Origin: Antedon mediterranea | Lineage: Eukaryota > Animalia > Echinodermata | Assembly (NCBI RefSeq): GCF_964355755.1 | Contig: NC_092672.1 | Span: 17,683,237-17,747,236, forward strand | DNA: 64,000 nucleotides | Reading direction: 5' to 3' | Shown here: one piece after another, positions 1 through 14,800 of the stretch | How positions within the stretch are numbered: the stretch's first letter is position 1 | Layout: every line of letters starts with the position of its first letter | Notes under the pieces: model-generated | What the model saw: only the letters and a program-made list of their open reading frames with translations | What the model was told of the DNA's origin: nothing | Databases searched by the model: none | Made by a program: the position numbers and the translations under genes

Positions 1-400
1 CGCAAAAAAAAGACTTTTAAATGCGCGTGCGCACGTAACTTTCTGTGAAACATGCTATTTTTAATACATAGAAAGTTTGCCCTTAATATGACTTTAATTT
101 TCACTAAGTGTCAATACAAAATGACTTTTTGTTTTTAATCTATGAATTGATCAATCATTGAAATTCATAAAATCGCGCGCAAGTCACGTTGCACAACTCT
201 AAAGTCATAAAACGAAGGTTGTTGCACATCTACAGCTATAGGTGGTCAATCTTCTTGTGACAAAGTTATACAATCTCTGTTCTGTTGGCCAGAATTAGAG
301 ATACGCTGCGGACAAAATTTGTGGAAAGAAAGAAGCATAAGATAGAAGAAAAAAAAATCGTGACAATAACAAATTTATCCGCCAAGTGTGGATAACCAAT
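1..400 (-). mobile_element. Helentron/HINE-like non-autonomous element, family A (partial)
   Basis: Shares the CACATCTACAGCT, TTGTGGAAAGAAAGAAG and terminal TTATCCGCCAAGTG(C/T)GGATAACCAAT blocks with the copies at 19300-20518, 53838-55153 and 56355-63715. Confidence 0.65.
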
Positions 401-815
401 AAAATACGGATTGTTAAACATCTTTAAAAATGTGATAAATACGAAAAAAAATGAATGAATTTGGTCTAAAGAAGTGAGATGTTTTGGCCCACAAAGTAGG
501 ATGTTCAGCCCAAAAGTGGGCCGGGATCGTCTCAGCCCTGCATTTCAGTTACTATATTTTAAATAAAATTAATTACTTAATCGTCATTAATTATCCAAAA
601 ACGATGGCTAATCAGCTTCATGAAGGATGTTTTTCGTGGGATGCCTACTGTCAATAGCAATTTATCTAATTGTGTTTTTAATTAATTATCTATATAAATT
701 ATATTTATTGATTCAATCCTGTTATGGGCGACTTTGGTCGCTGTTGGATGAAGATGAAATAAAATAAAAAATTTAAAAAAATCCACCTTCTATTATTCAA
801 TTTTTCCTTCATTAA

Positions 816-1316
816 AGATGTATTGTCCCTTGAAACACAAAAAATGAAGGTCAAAATATTCTAAATTTAAATTGGCCATATCAAAGTAATATTAAAGTTA
901 TTCACTTTAAGTCGAAAATTCGAGCCAAAAACAACAAGTTTACCTAATTAACAGGTAAATTAAATTGATTACATTTCGTCTGAAAAATCGTCGCGAGCGA
1001 AAGTAAAAGATTTCAAACCACGAGTATGCATTATGCATGATGCTAATTAGGATTGTTTACAACTCGTCGCGGTTGAGAAGGTGTTTTCACACAGATCGCG
1101 AGGAAGTTTTATGATTATCCATACAGAGTAGCCAAACAAGCGCGTTGCATTATGAGATATGTAACAAAAAAACGTCTGTATTTCAGTTAAATGATTTTTT
1201 TCTCGACTAATTTTTGGTGAAAGTTAGTAACTATTATGATACTTCAAAATGACCCACTTTTTTTCGAAATCTTTTTTTTTCATTGTTTTGGAATTAGTCA
1301 AAGGGACAATACATCT
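816..1316. mobile_element. MITE with TTAA TSD (Kolobok-like)
   Basis: TTAA|AGATGTATTGTCCCTT ... AAGGGACAATACATCT|TTAA. Confidence 0.8.
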
Positions 1317-2129
1317 TTAACACAAGGAAATAGATAAACACTGATGATCACTGTGGATTTTATTGTTATTTATTGGGGAAATGTCTGTTCAATATATAAA
1401 AAGCTTCATATTTAGCTACAGTATATGTGACCCGATCTGGCAAAACCCTACGTTTGTCAGAAATTTTCATTTTGTATTTTTTTATATTATTTGGATTATT
1501 TGAATCATAAGCTTTGCAATGGTGTCAGTATTTCGTAAACATTTTGTAAATATTTAAAAAGTTATTACATTTTAAAAACTTACAAATCATTCAATTAGAA
1601 AATGGCGTTTGAAGTTCTTCAATGAAATTCTTTTTGACATGCACTGAAAACTCACTCTGTAGCAACGCGGTATTTTAGTCTAAGGCACGATGACATCATA
1701 CCAAGAAGTGTGATATTTAGCAGCATGGATGGTCAGTTTGACTGATTTTAGATGCTGTTTTAAACTATTTTGCACTATTGAAAAGTAGCATTATAATGTC
1801 AAGCTTATTTTAACTGGTTTCGGAAGTGTTTACGATATTAAAAACCCTTCCCCCCCCCCCCCCCAATAACAAATATATATAATAAATCAAACAAAAAACC
1901 CACTCTGTCAATTCAAATCAATTTATTTAAAAAGTGTGTTAGAAAGTTTACTAGAAATGTTCACGCTTTGCGAGACTTTTCTATTGACCCACAAGGCAGG
2001 TAGAATGATGTACAGTATGTGATGACGCGATGGAATCACTCAATAAATTTACGGCGACGACTGTAGTGAGTGTGAGCGGCAATATCGTAAATCTCGTGAT
2101 TGTTCTGAAATCATATGTACATCCTTAAT

Positions 2130-2463
2130 ACACTGTTAAATTTGATTCTCAGTCAAGTTGTCCTTTAATTTGCAATCAAAGTTTATCAAAATGAATAAAA
2201 TCTACTACAGAAGGTATGAAAAACAATAATACAGCTACAAGTCAATCTTCTGACAAAGTTAAACAATCTTATGTTGACCAGAATTAGAGATTCATGTGCA
2301 ACAAAATTCGTGGAAAGAAAGAGGAATAACAAAGTAGAAGATTAACAAGGCCATACTGTATACATGGCTGCAGTCGCATGCTCAAGTTATCCGCAACAAA
2401 AGTTGTGGATAACCAAAAAAAAAGATCCTGACAATCATAATGGGCCAAGTGCGGATAACCAAT
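2130..2463 (-). mobile_element. HINE family A fragment
   Basis: Same terminal block, ending CCAAGTGCGGATAACCAAT. Confidence 0.6.
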
Positions 2464-2788
2464 ACGTTTTCAAAATTCAGTAAATAGTATAAAAAATAAA
2501 TTTATATATATATTTTAAGGGACAGAGAAACTAAAATAACTAGAAGCGCTTTCTTAGCTGACCCACGGTATACACACAATAAGACATGTATGTACTGTAT
2601 GCATCCATTGTTACAATGTTCATAAATACATTCGTTTCTAGAATTGTATTCATTCAACTTGATTTAAACAGTCTCTTAATCAGTCAAGTAGAATGTCAAC
2701 TAACAAACCATTAATGAGGACTCTTGCTTGCTCCACTAATAATAATTTAATTTTTTTTTTCAGAATTTCAAACGCCAATATCATCAAA

Positions 2789-2866
2789 ATGCCAGATAAT
2801 GAAAATGTTGCATTAGATCAGAAAAAAATATTGATAGATGGAACTGGAAAACAAAAGGCAGCTTTA
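2789..2866 (+). CDS. ASCC2: ASCC2 coding exon 1
   Basis: MPDNENVALDQKKILIDGTGKQKAAL followed by donor GTAAGA. The acceptor TTTCAG ending at 2763 implies an upstream non-coding exon that I could not locate. Confidence 0.85.
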
Positions 2867-5800
2867 GTAAGAATCTACAGGAGAACCCCTTCTTTGGAAC
2901 TCGCATATTCAGAGGACTCCACTATTAAAAGACACTTTCCTGCAAAACGAGGGACAATCTTTCACCCTTACTATTAGGGGAAAATAATTTTTTCCATCAC
3001 AAAACAATAAAGAAGACAAAAAAAAAATTCTTTATATTGTTAATTTAAAAAATGGATCATTCATAATAATTAATGATACTTTCTCTGACTTGACAGTTTT
3101 CATTGGTGAAATGTTGGTTGGTAAAGTTTCAATTCTTCTCAACTTTTTTTTTCCTGCAAAAACTCCCATTATGAGGATAGCGGTATATCCCTATTCACAC
3201 AACTTTATTCAGTGAACTGTACATGGTCCAATACTGTAGCTTACATGCACCAGGTCCAAAAGCTTACATGCACCAGGTCCAAAAGCTTACATGCACCAGG
3301 TCCAAAAGCTTACATGCACCAGATCCAAAAGCTTACATGCACCAGATCCAAAAGCTTACATGCACCAGATCCAAAAGCTTACATGCACCAGATCCAAAAG
3401 CTTACATGCACCAGATCCAAAAGCTTACATGCACCAGTTCCAAAAGCTTACAAGCACCAGATCCAAAAGCTTACATGCACCAGATCCAAAAGCTTACATG
3501 CACCAGATCCAAAAGCTTACATGCACCAGATCCAAAAGCTTACATGCACCAGATACAAAAGCTTACATGCACCAGTTCCAAAAGCTTACATGCACCAGAT
3601 CCAACTTCGTTTAATTAGGCATATTTTTTTACATTTATTTGAATGTAGTATTATATTTTTATAAACATATGTTTGATGTCTTTTTTATTTACGTACTGTA
3701 AGAGAGCATTAATTAATAAAAAATTATTTTAACTGTTGTATAGTATTACAATTCAATTAAGCCCAGGTAAATAACCAATAACGTATCATTTTTATACTTT
3801 TTTATTCTTATCACCTAATTATCTTCCCCGATTACATTCGATAAAGTCATTATTATTTCTATTGTATTGGTATATTTAAAATTGGTTGAATTAACAATGC
3901 CCTGTTTTAAGCAAAAAGCCTGCAGAAAGCATTTGTGTGTCAAAAAATAGACAACACAATGTGGCGTATGATCGTTTTCTATTTATTTTTTTTCTTAAAT
4001 AATTCAGTAAAATGGTAGATGTTTCCTCAATAACAGCTACAGTACATGTTTTTGCTGACCAGGGATTCCCTTTTTTTTTAAATACGCATTCTATAATGTG
4101 TCAGATAAGACAAATGAATGACCTACGATCGTTTTTCCATGGCAACAGATGTCGTCTTATTTACTAAAATAATATAAATGTTCTGAAGGCCTAGCTGCAC
4201 GTGTCTTAGTACTTACGTATCTGTCAGCGATAAGATGATTTTTTTTTTTTAGTTTTAGTAGTATTTGTTTCGGTTTTTAGTCATAATAATACAGTAATAA
4301 TAATTATAAACTGAAAACGTAATAACAGCAAATGTCGTCGTTTGTAATTAAATGTAAAATTCTTGGATGTTACCTTTTATTATTATTCTCATATCCGTCA
4401 TTGTATACTAGGGGATTTGTTTTATAAACGGCAATAATCTAATTAGATTCATTATTCTAAAATGCTCACTTAGCAGCAAAAATGAGGCTGGTATCCACTT
4501 AAATAGTTTCGTGATTTTTAAATATGAGTGACTACTTAAAAATGTATTAAACATTTTCGAAATGTTAAAACAGTTTAATATTTTCCAAAACTTGCAAAAC
4601 AAAACAACAAAAACTATTTTTAAAACGATTTTCAAAAAGCACATTACTTCATTATCTGTAAAACAAAATGAAAATACAAATTATGTATAAAAGATATTCA
4701 TGTTTACTTTTAATAATTCAAGTTTTCATCATCACAGACTAGTGGGTATTTCAGTGTACTACTATTCGTAGTAAATAATAGATTAAAACTATTCATAAAT
4801 TTTAAAAAATAGAATGCAGCACAGCCGATTACTGACATCTTCCATGTAAAACAGCGGCCTCAAGTATTAACTTGACTACTATACCCAAATACGATGAAAG
4901 CTGTGCTTTTTTCGTACGAGTCTGTACATATACTTTTAGGTCAATAGTTTTTGCCATTATAATATCAAACATATGATTGGTATCTAAAAATGTAATAAAA
5001 CTGGGTTTTTTTTAAACAGTCATTTTAATCGGATCATGCATCAATTAGGCTAAACGGACATTGTGACGTCATCGTATGGCCACTGGAAAATAAAATATAG
5101 GATATTTGTTTCTATCGTTATTGCATCACATTCAGTAGAGCACAACACGCTTATCCGTATTCCAATTTCCCCAAGATTTTAATAGTGTCTTAAGTCAATC
5201 AACTATCTTTCGTATTAAAATTGTTATGACGTCATCATGTCTAAAAATGTAAATAACGTGAGTCACTTATTTTCATCTTTAGCTTACCTACCAGGTCCAA
5301 TTGTTTATCCTACCAGGTCCAATTGTTTATCCTACCAGGTCCAGAAGCTTATCCCACCAGGTCCAAAAGCTTATACCTACCAGGTCCAATACCTACTAAG
5401 TCAAAAAGCTTATCCTACCAGGTCCAAAAGCTTATCCTACCAGGTCCAAAAGCTTTTCCTATCTGGTCCAAAAGCTTATCCTGCAATGGCTTACCTACCA
5501 GGTCCAAAAGCTTACCTACCAGGTCCAATACCTACCAAGTCCAATGGCTTACCTACTGCAAGGAGTTGTAAAATAAGCCCTGCCTACTGTACCAGGTTCA
5601 GAAGCTTACCTACCAGGTCCAAAAGCTTATCTCGCCAGGTCCAATGGCTTACCTACCAGGTCTAATAGCTTACCTTTCTGGTCTAATAGCTTTACCTACC
5701 AGGTTCAAAAGCTTACCTACCAGGTCCAATGGTTTACCTACCAGATCCAATGGTTTATCTACCAGGTCCAAATGGCTTTCCTACCAGGTCCAAATGGCTT

Positions 5801-8800
5801 ACCTACCAGGTCCAGAAGCTTACCCACCAAGTCTAATACCTACTAAGTCCAATGGCTTACCTACTAGGTTCAATAGCTTACCTACCAGGTGCAATGGCTT
5901 ACCTACCAGGTGCAATGGCTTACCTACCAGGTGCAATGGCTTACCTACCAGGTGCAATGGCTTGCATACCAGGTGAAATGGCTTGCCTACCAGGTGAAAT
6001 GGCTTATCTTCCAGGTGCAATGGCTTGCCTACCAGGTATAATGGCTTACCTACCAGGTCCAACAACTTACCTGCTATAGGTCCAATAGCTTTCCTACCGG
6101 GTCCTGTGATTGCAATTTTTTATTTGGAAATAAAAAAAAAAATTATTTTTTAACAAAGAGACTTAAACTTGGTTCCCACTAAGGCTCAGTGACACAAGCG
6201 ATGGATTATCCGAACTGTTCCTTGGCATTGGTTAACACACTTGCGTTTAGTAACTTGCATTGTGTCCTAGTCCAAGCTTAATGAATAACAATGAATTACA
6301 GTATGAAGTTGGTTCAGAAGTGACATTTTTAACCCCACTGTCCAAATTCTAAGAACTAGTTGTTGAACCTGAATAGTATTATTTCTTTTTTTACAGGATG
6401 CCTATTGGGTAGACAAGGTAGACTTTATCAAATTTTGTCCACTATCTGGCATTGAAGACCAATCATCCATTGAAGAATGGGCAGATAGGTTAGCATTTAT
6501 AAAAGATGATTTGCAGAGGTTGTTATGCCAACCTTATCACAAGTTCTGGAGTCAGGTGTGTACATTAATGACAGGAAAACAACTGCACAGATCACAAGTC
6601 TGCTGCTGAATGCAGTGAAAAACTATTCAGAATTCATATTAAAAAAATCAATATCAATGTTTTTTTTTGTGTTAAAGTCCCATTTGGGCCCTACGTTTTT
6701 TAAAATCTAATTTAAGGTTACAAACTACATTTAATGTACAAATAAATACTATATGGTCCTATTGCAATAACTTTTTTTTGTCTTTGAACAGTTAAAAATG
6801 TGAAAAATAAGGCGAATCAAAAAATGTTAGCGGCCGGCTATAAATCCCAACATGCATTGCGTGCGGAATTTATATTTTAGTTTTTCTTTTGTGATCACCT
6901 ACTTGCGATCAATTGTGAAGGCCAAAATTAATAGAAGAATTGTACCTTTTCAGCGAAAATACCGGGTTTCCCCAATTTGTATTACGGATTCTGGCAAAAA
7001 CAGAAAGACAATTTATTCAGCAACTAGACAACATCAGGCTAGGCCTATATATAGCTAGTGTACGATGTTTGTACGTTACTGTTGTTTAGTAGAATATTTT
7101 AATTTAAATATTATTATATTATAATAATATATTATTTATTTACCCTTGTTTTATAGGTGATTTTTGATGGTAGTCTACAAATGTGTCTGGACACTTACCT
7201 ATCATTTGCTCCAAGGTAACCTGTTTTTCATTATATATTTCATATTGATATGAAGCAATACCTTTATATGAATCTACTGCAAATGTTTCTGTTATTAATT
7301 CACTCCACTATGCAACATTTCTGGATCCACTATAGGGAATGGTTGGTTTTGAAGTAATTAATTTCTCGCTGATCCAGCACTGATGCATGTATTATTGATA
7401 TTATTCATTAATTTTCATTCATTTATATGTATTGATATATTATGTATAAACAAAAACACAAATGTATAAAATTGGTTTCATTGTTTTCAGGTGTTTTGAT
7501 AACTTAAGCCATGTACCAGGTCACTATCAAGACAGTTTAAAGCATGTTCACAAACTTGTGTTTATGACTTTTCTTCGTATAGCAACACATAAAGAATCAA
7601 AGGTTGGTTGTCTCAATTCAAATTGCACAAACATTTTCATGTTTCTTGAATATATAAGAATTAATATTTATTTTCAGAGATTTTGTATAACAACATCGTT
7701 TCTATACATTGCCTCTCATAAACTGACTTCCAAAAAGATCTATTACTATAAATCCTGTTGGAGGGATAGTTAAAGTTCAATAATCAATGTTGTTGTTTGG
7801 CGGCTGTCAATAGGCCCTGCTTTATAATTAAATAGAGCATTTCATACTATATCTTGCCTTACACTAAATGTTTACTATAGGCCTAGTGATTGTTAAACAA
7901 ATAAAATTGATAATTGATAATAAATAATTATTTCTTCAGTTATTAAATAGTATATCAATTTAAAAATTGTCATTTAATGACGAAAGAACAATACTGTAAT
8001 AAAAAGTTGAAATATTTCTTGCTTTTATCATAGGAACACTTCATAACACCACATATATTTGGTGACATTCTATATGAAAACTTCCTTTTTGATATCCCAA
8101 AATTTATGGATTTATGTGTCTTGTATGGTACTGGAAATAAACAACTTCTAAGCAAAATGATAAACAATGTGTTTTCTCAGCAACCTAAGTACATTGATGA
8201 CCTAAAAGATGTAATACATACAATATTTGAGGTAATTCAATTTCCTTTCAAATTCTTAAGACAAATTTGTAATTAAGAATTATAAAACTTTTATGATATT
8301 TTGGTGACAAAGTGACGGACAAGAAACTTCCAATGCCATTTAACTAATAAATGTTACTGCATTTCTGCATTTCTAACATTGGTACTGCATTTACAGTGAG
8401 TATGCATACAATTTTAATGTATAGATCTGACAAATTAATATCACTTACCTTGCCTGCCATTAAAACGTGACCATATTATTTATGATTAATTATTGTGTTT
8501 TAGGTATTTGAGAATATCGGTAGTAAATGTGGTGTGCCCATGTTTGAAGCCACGGTATCTCAGAAAATGCATAAGCAGTAAGTAGAGACTGTTTGACACT
8601 TTTCGCTTTGTATATCAAAAACCTAGCATACAAAATGTCATAAACTAGATCAGCACACTACTAGGCCTACTTTGTCCCAGAAATCATTCAATCCATTTAA
8701 AACAAAATAGCTGCTCTAAAGATCAATTTATATTACATAGCCTATGTAAATACGCGAACGTGATTGGTTGAAACTGCATCACATGACTACCGCTGCGAGG

Positions 8801-11800
8801 ATCGTAAATCGTATATATCCTCGAGAACGATGATATTGACTGTGTAATTTTCGCGTAATTATCGTGTCCCCTGTCATTAATCATATAAATTCTCGAGTAC
8901 GATGATATTGACTGTGTAATTTTCGTGGGCAACACTCGCGTTTGCCAATAAATAAACAAAAGTCATCTACTGATCTTGAACTTCCGATGCAATTGTCACT
9001 CCATCGCAAGACAACGCTTCAACCGCTGCGCCACGAAACTTGCTTGAAGTTATTGATCTTCTAAACTATTTAAGCTATGCATACATAGCGCCCTCATTTG
9101 TTATTAGTCCACCCTAAATGTGATGAAACACAGTTTGTGATTGGTCAATACTCACGGTAGTAACCTAGTAACTAGTACGCGCTGAACATCCGGTGATTCG
9201 GCTCCTCGAAGATCAAGAAGAAGACGAATCGTTTATTCGGCCTACCTGATTATAATATTATTATTAATAGGCTTATTGATGGAAATTCTCCTGTTAATTT
9301 AAACGACCTAGGCCTAAGTGAATATTTTATTGCCAAGGAATCATTAATTAGTAATTATCTGTATATTATTCTTCGCAAGGTAAGGTGTCTAGGCAGGCTT
9401 GTTTAAATACAATACAAATACTATAGCCTTAGGAGGCCTAGCCTAGCTTCACCCAACCCAGCAGACTTGTTCTTGGCTATATAATATAACAGATATTGCC
9501 TTTTATATCGGTTAAATATAAGATTTGACATCCCCGAGGGAATGATATTAAGTTTGAGGGAATATATATTTCCCGAAGCGCCAACCTCTAAGCAGTCAAT
9601 ATCTGTATAATAATACGAACAATAATGATCGAAAATAAGATAGATATAAACATACAATTTTCCTACAGAAAACAAAAGAAATCCAAAAAGTTTTTATCCT
9701 AGAACTACTGTATAAGATAGTGATGTCATGATCAATAAGAATAATAAAATCGTTGAAATAAGTTGTATCATCACAATATTATTGTTCTTACTAATCATGT
9801 CATCTGATTATACTTGTGAAAATACTGTTTTCATCAAAGACAGCATGAATGGTTATCCTATCTGACTCGAAAATTGTTTGGATTTTATTTGTTTCCTGTA
9901 GAAAAAATGCATATTTATCCACTTTTTGCCATCAACACAATTTGACTAATCACAACACAGTGGATTATGTTAACTGTCGCTTGTGATTGGTCAACTACAT
10001 TGCGTCCAAGTTTAATCAAGCTTTAAGGTTTGTATAGAGCTAAAGTCTGTTTCATGAGCGAGGTAATTATCCTCAAAGAACGTATAACTTTTAACTTGTT
10101 TTATATTTTATTCTGTATTCTGTATTTTATTTTTATTATTTAAAATTTTATCATATCATTGTGCAAGGAGGCTCATTTTGATATACCCCACCTTAACAAA
10201 AAAAATCCGACCCCTGATTATAATAATGATTCTAATTCTTTCAGAACGAATATTCTTGATATGGCCATTGAGGATGTGAAAGATATTCTACTATATCTGG
10301 TTGATATTGCTCAGTCTATACTTGCTTTCATTGAGATATACTCACCAGCAGCTGATGTCTTATACCAGGCTGGCTTTGTAAACAGGTTCATAAACTTTAC
10401 ATTACAACAAAGTTAAATAAACAATTACATTAATGAAAAAGCACATCGTAGTTTAGTGGTGGATCAGGTCTGGTTGTATGAAATCCATAACATTGATTGT
10501 CAGATCTTAAAATTTAAAAAATCATAAATTAAATATTATACAAATGCTGCTCTCATAAAAAAGCACCTTTATTTATCCTGACCTTATTATAGGTCATTAT
10601 ATTAATTTTTTATTACAAAAGCCAAAAATGAGTATTGTTTCTATATTTGGAATTACATTATTTGCAATTTCAACTGAGCTCTAGTAAACTACATTACAAA
10701 AGAAAAACAAGTTATCATCATCATCATCAATTACAATTGAACAAACATAAAAAGAATTTTATTATTTGTGTTATTTTATTGTAGGCTAGCAGCTATGTAT
10801 GAAGGTGTAATACCACAGCTGAAAAGAATGCTTAAAGAAAGACATTGGCAAGATAAACAGTATGTAATATAATAATAATATTGCCAATATACTCTATTTA
10901 AATTGTATTTTGTTTCATCTAAATATGCATCACAATGGACAATTGAGGCATGGCATCCCAAAATAATTATTTAGATTTTTATATATTCATAATCTATGTT
11001 TAATAAGCTTTAAAAGTAGGCAATGTTTATTAAAATTGGTTTTATATAAAGAATTATTAATGAAAACATACGAGTCAGGAAGCTCAGGAAATCTTCATTT
11101 TGAAGTAGTGACGCCGATTAGTTGAGCCTTGCCTAGCCCGCCGATCAACGCGACAAGACTCTTTGTCAAAACTCGCTATTATCTCCTCAATAACGGCAAA
11201 CTAGTTGAAAATATATCACTGTGTGGTACATAATATTACATTTTTTGTTATTTTTTTTAAATATATGGATAAAAATAACGATTAAATTCCTAATTTACCT
11301 CCGCCAAGGAGATATATGTAATCGGTAGTGTGTGTTTGTTTGTTTGTTAGCAGGATTACTCAAAAATTACAAGATCTTTACCAAAATGAATATACAGATA
11401 GATACTGTATGTGGTCAAGGACCATTCCATTAAATTTTGGGACCATTTGCGACCATGGTCCCAATTCTGGACCACTTTTTAGTATACTTTTCATACCTGC
11501 TAGTGTTAAAAGATAGGACAGAATTTTTTCAAAAGCCGGCGAGCAGTCTTAAAGTAACAAGTAAACTGAAATTGCATTTTCTCGAGAACTACTTGTCATT
11601 TTTGTACAAGAAGCAAGAGTTATAATTTGTGATTTGTAATTTTAAAACATAATTTGATTTAATGTGCACGTTTTTTGATGCGAGTAGTTTAAAAAACCTA
11701 TTTCTTTTCAAATTTACTCGTTTGATTTTCGCGTTGCTGTTCTATTGTTAGTCAACTGAAGCTATTGTTAATTGAAAGGCTTGTTACATAACCATTACAA

Positions 11801-14800
11801 CAAACTCGCATACACATGCTTGTAGTGAAATTAGCCTAAATAACAAACAGCAGACACACACAAATATATATATATATATTTTTACCGGAGAAATCTTATG
11901 TAGGAGAATTTTACAGTAGGCGGAGGTATGCACTCTCGGAGTGGCTTTCTAGTTCACAAAATGTTGAAACGTTGATTCGAAAAAATACGGTGGAAGCCAT
12001 GCTGTTTCATCGTAAACAAAAGAGTCAGCCAATCAGAGAGCGTAATTTTCCTCTATAGCCAATCACATTCAATGATTCACAAATTCTTGTTAGAAATTTT
12101 AGCAACCTAACACCTTAATAAAACTAATTTCCATTGGCTAGATTAACAAAAATCCCATAGGTAGCTGATACATTTTCGAACAGATAGGTATCAAACATGA
12201 CGTCATTCGGGTTAGCGGTTTGTTTACAAAAGCGCCGTAAAGAAAGTTGATTTTTCTTGAACAAAAGTACAATTTCCTAATAGATTTTTTAATGGAAACA
12301 ACTTAAGTGATGCAAAATACACATACTTGTGATATTTTTTCATGAACAAGAGTTTGATATGTTAAAGATGAGTGTCTATAGTATCATTTTTTATTGAAAT
12401 TTTAAAATGGATAGGTTAGGCCGTTTTTCAAATTCTGAACTTCAAGACTAAATATCTCAAAAGTTTGGGTTGCGACTCTGCGCCGCTTTTGTGATGCCAG
12501 GCCTCAATTGTAGAAGGCATGTGCCCACAATTTCTTGTTTCATCCAATATGAACAATTTGCAGTACAAAAGGGAGAGAGAGCATTGAGATAGAACTTTCT
12601 TAAACTGTGGGTTTTAACCCAAGAATACCGTATATTTCGGTGTATAAGACGCACTTTTGACATGCAAATTTGACCTCTAAATTTTGGGTGTGTCTTATAC
12701 ACAGGTCACTTCCTTACGCACCCTAAAAAGTTAGTTAACAGTGTACAGTATCCTCAACAACTAGCTCGGAGGCCTAGCTAGTTACTCCTTTCTAGTTACT
12801 CCTTTCTAATCACGGTTGATCACCACATTGTGGTAAAAAGTTTATTGAATTTTAAAAGTAAATTGTCATCCTCGACTGTATTAATTAATATTTACAGTAC
12901 TTGCATGAGATATTCTACCCAGGCATAGTACTCTCTGAACTCGCGGGTGTGTATTCTTGCAGCATCACAGCTCAACACGTTTATGGCCATTAGGGTCCAT
13001 TAATTACGGTGGTTTCACATTTTAAAATACACAATAACTATTTCGCTTGATCACGGTGGTTTATTTTATTACATCTCTATGTCAACAATCACATAATACT
13101 GTATTATAATCATGTAGGCAATAGTTCGTATATCAAGCGATATCTAAAAGAGTGTGTTGTTATTGTGTTAAGTAGCTTCCCCTAATCTCATAATGTATAT
13201 GGCCAACAGTGCTGGCCAGGCAAGGAGCCAGGCAAGGTTAGTGTTCTCTCCTCATCATACAGACTACTATAGCCTCTGCTATGCATGCATATGGAAATAG
13301 GAAAGATTTTCATATACCGTACACTCATGATATTCCTGGTTCATTATCAGCCCAAAAAACTTAACATCATTTGGATTGATTTTATATAAAAATGGTCATA
13401 CAGTACACACAATAAGAAGGTATATTTAAATAATATGAAATTAAAGTTACTTAAATAGACATAGGCTAGTTCTACTACACAGTGCATCGTAACTGAAAAA
13501 ATATGGGGATTTCCCTTTTCATTGAACGTTCAGTTGAAGTAGAGACTGATTACGATAATAAAGGCAATCAAACAAAATTATATTATTTGATTCTAATAAA
13601 TATGTCTCAAATTTCATTGTTTTTTTATTAAAATACCATTGTTTTGATTGTAAAAGGTTTAAATTTTGGCCTAGAAATAAGTGCGTCTTATACATCGACT
13701 ACATAAAAAATACTAATATTTCAGTCTCCGTTATGGGTGCGTCTTATACACAGGTGCGACTTGTACACCGAAATATACGGTACATGCTGTCTTTGCAATT
13801 TGTTAGTTAATGTCAATGTTAATTTTAGATTGAGGAACACCATCAAGAAGCAACTTGAATTTGCAAAGAAGTCTCTTGTTGATCTCTGTCATTGTCTTAT
13901 TAATACAACCTGCATTCAACAAATATTAGAAAATAGGTAAATTTGTTTCATTTAATTCACTCATTTCACAAACTATGAAAAAGGTACATAAAACATTGAG
14001 CAGAAAGGATGTACTGAATGTTAACATTTTTACTGTTTAGTGATTCTAAAGAACTTGTGATGAAGAAAAGAAATGATTTTCTAGATGCAATTGAGTCGAT
14101 TTTAGATGAGAAGCTGTTGATTACAGATCTTGATGAGAATTTCTCAATAGAGGCTGATCTGCAATTACTGCAACAGACTGATCATGATGACATGCTGTAT
14201 CCTTTGTTTAATGTATTACATTCATACTGAGACCAATAGTGTACATAATGTATCCTGGGATTTGTATGTAATGACACGTTTAGCTACATTGGTACTAACC
14301 ATATTATTTACCTTTAACACAAACATAGAGATGCTAATCGTGTAAAATTTATATTGGATGGCGTTAAGGCAGCCAGAAATACATTATTTGGCAACAAAAG
14401 AATTTCAGGCAATTCTGATAAAGTAGAGGCTGTTGTGCCACAAGAAGTGACAGTGATGAATGAAGGAGCTGTAGGTGGTATAGAAGACAATGTCAATGCA
14501 GAAAATGAAAGTTACCTTAAAGATTATGTAAGCTGCAATTTTAAGCCTTAAAAATATTATTTCCTTTATACAGTATAACAAAAACAAAATGTGAAAAAAG
14601 GGGTCACAAAAATAATATTTCATACTGTTCCAAATCACAAATATCTAGTGATCAAATACTATATTTCTGTTTTTTAGGCTGGTGTTCCTATGCCAACAGA
14701 TGTTGAGATAAATTCAATGATATTGTCTATTCAAGACCTCCTTCCTGACCTAGGTGACGGTTTTATTGAGGTATGTTAATGGATGTAGCATAGATTTTCT

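Noticed and set aside
3212-3664. Three overlapping ORFs open in all + frames; possible repetitive protein or CRISPR-like array
   Set aside because: A stop-free 23-bp unit cycles through the three frames. There are no unique spacers or cas genes, and the region lies in an ASCC2 intron.
5237-6079. Repetitive ORFs (LPTRSNG / AYLPG)
   Set aside because: These are translations of the 21-22-bp minisatellite.
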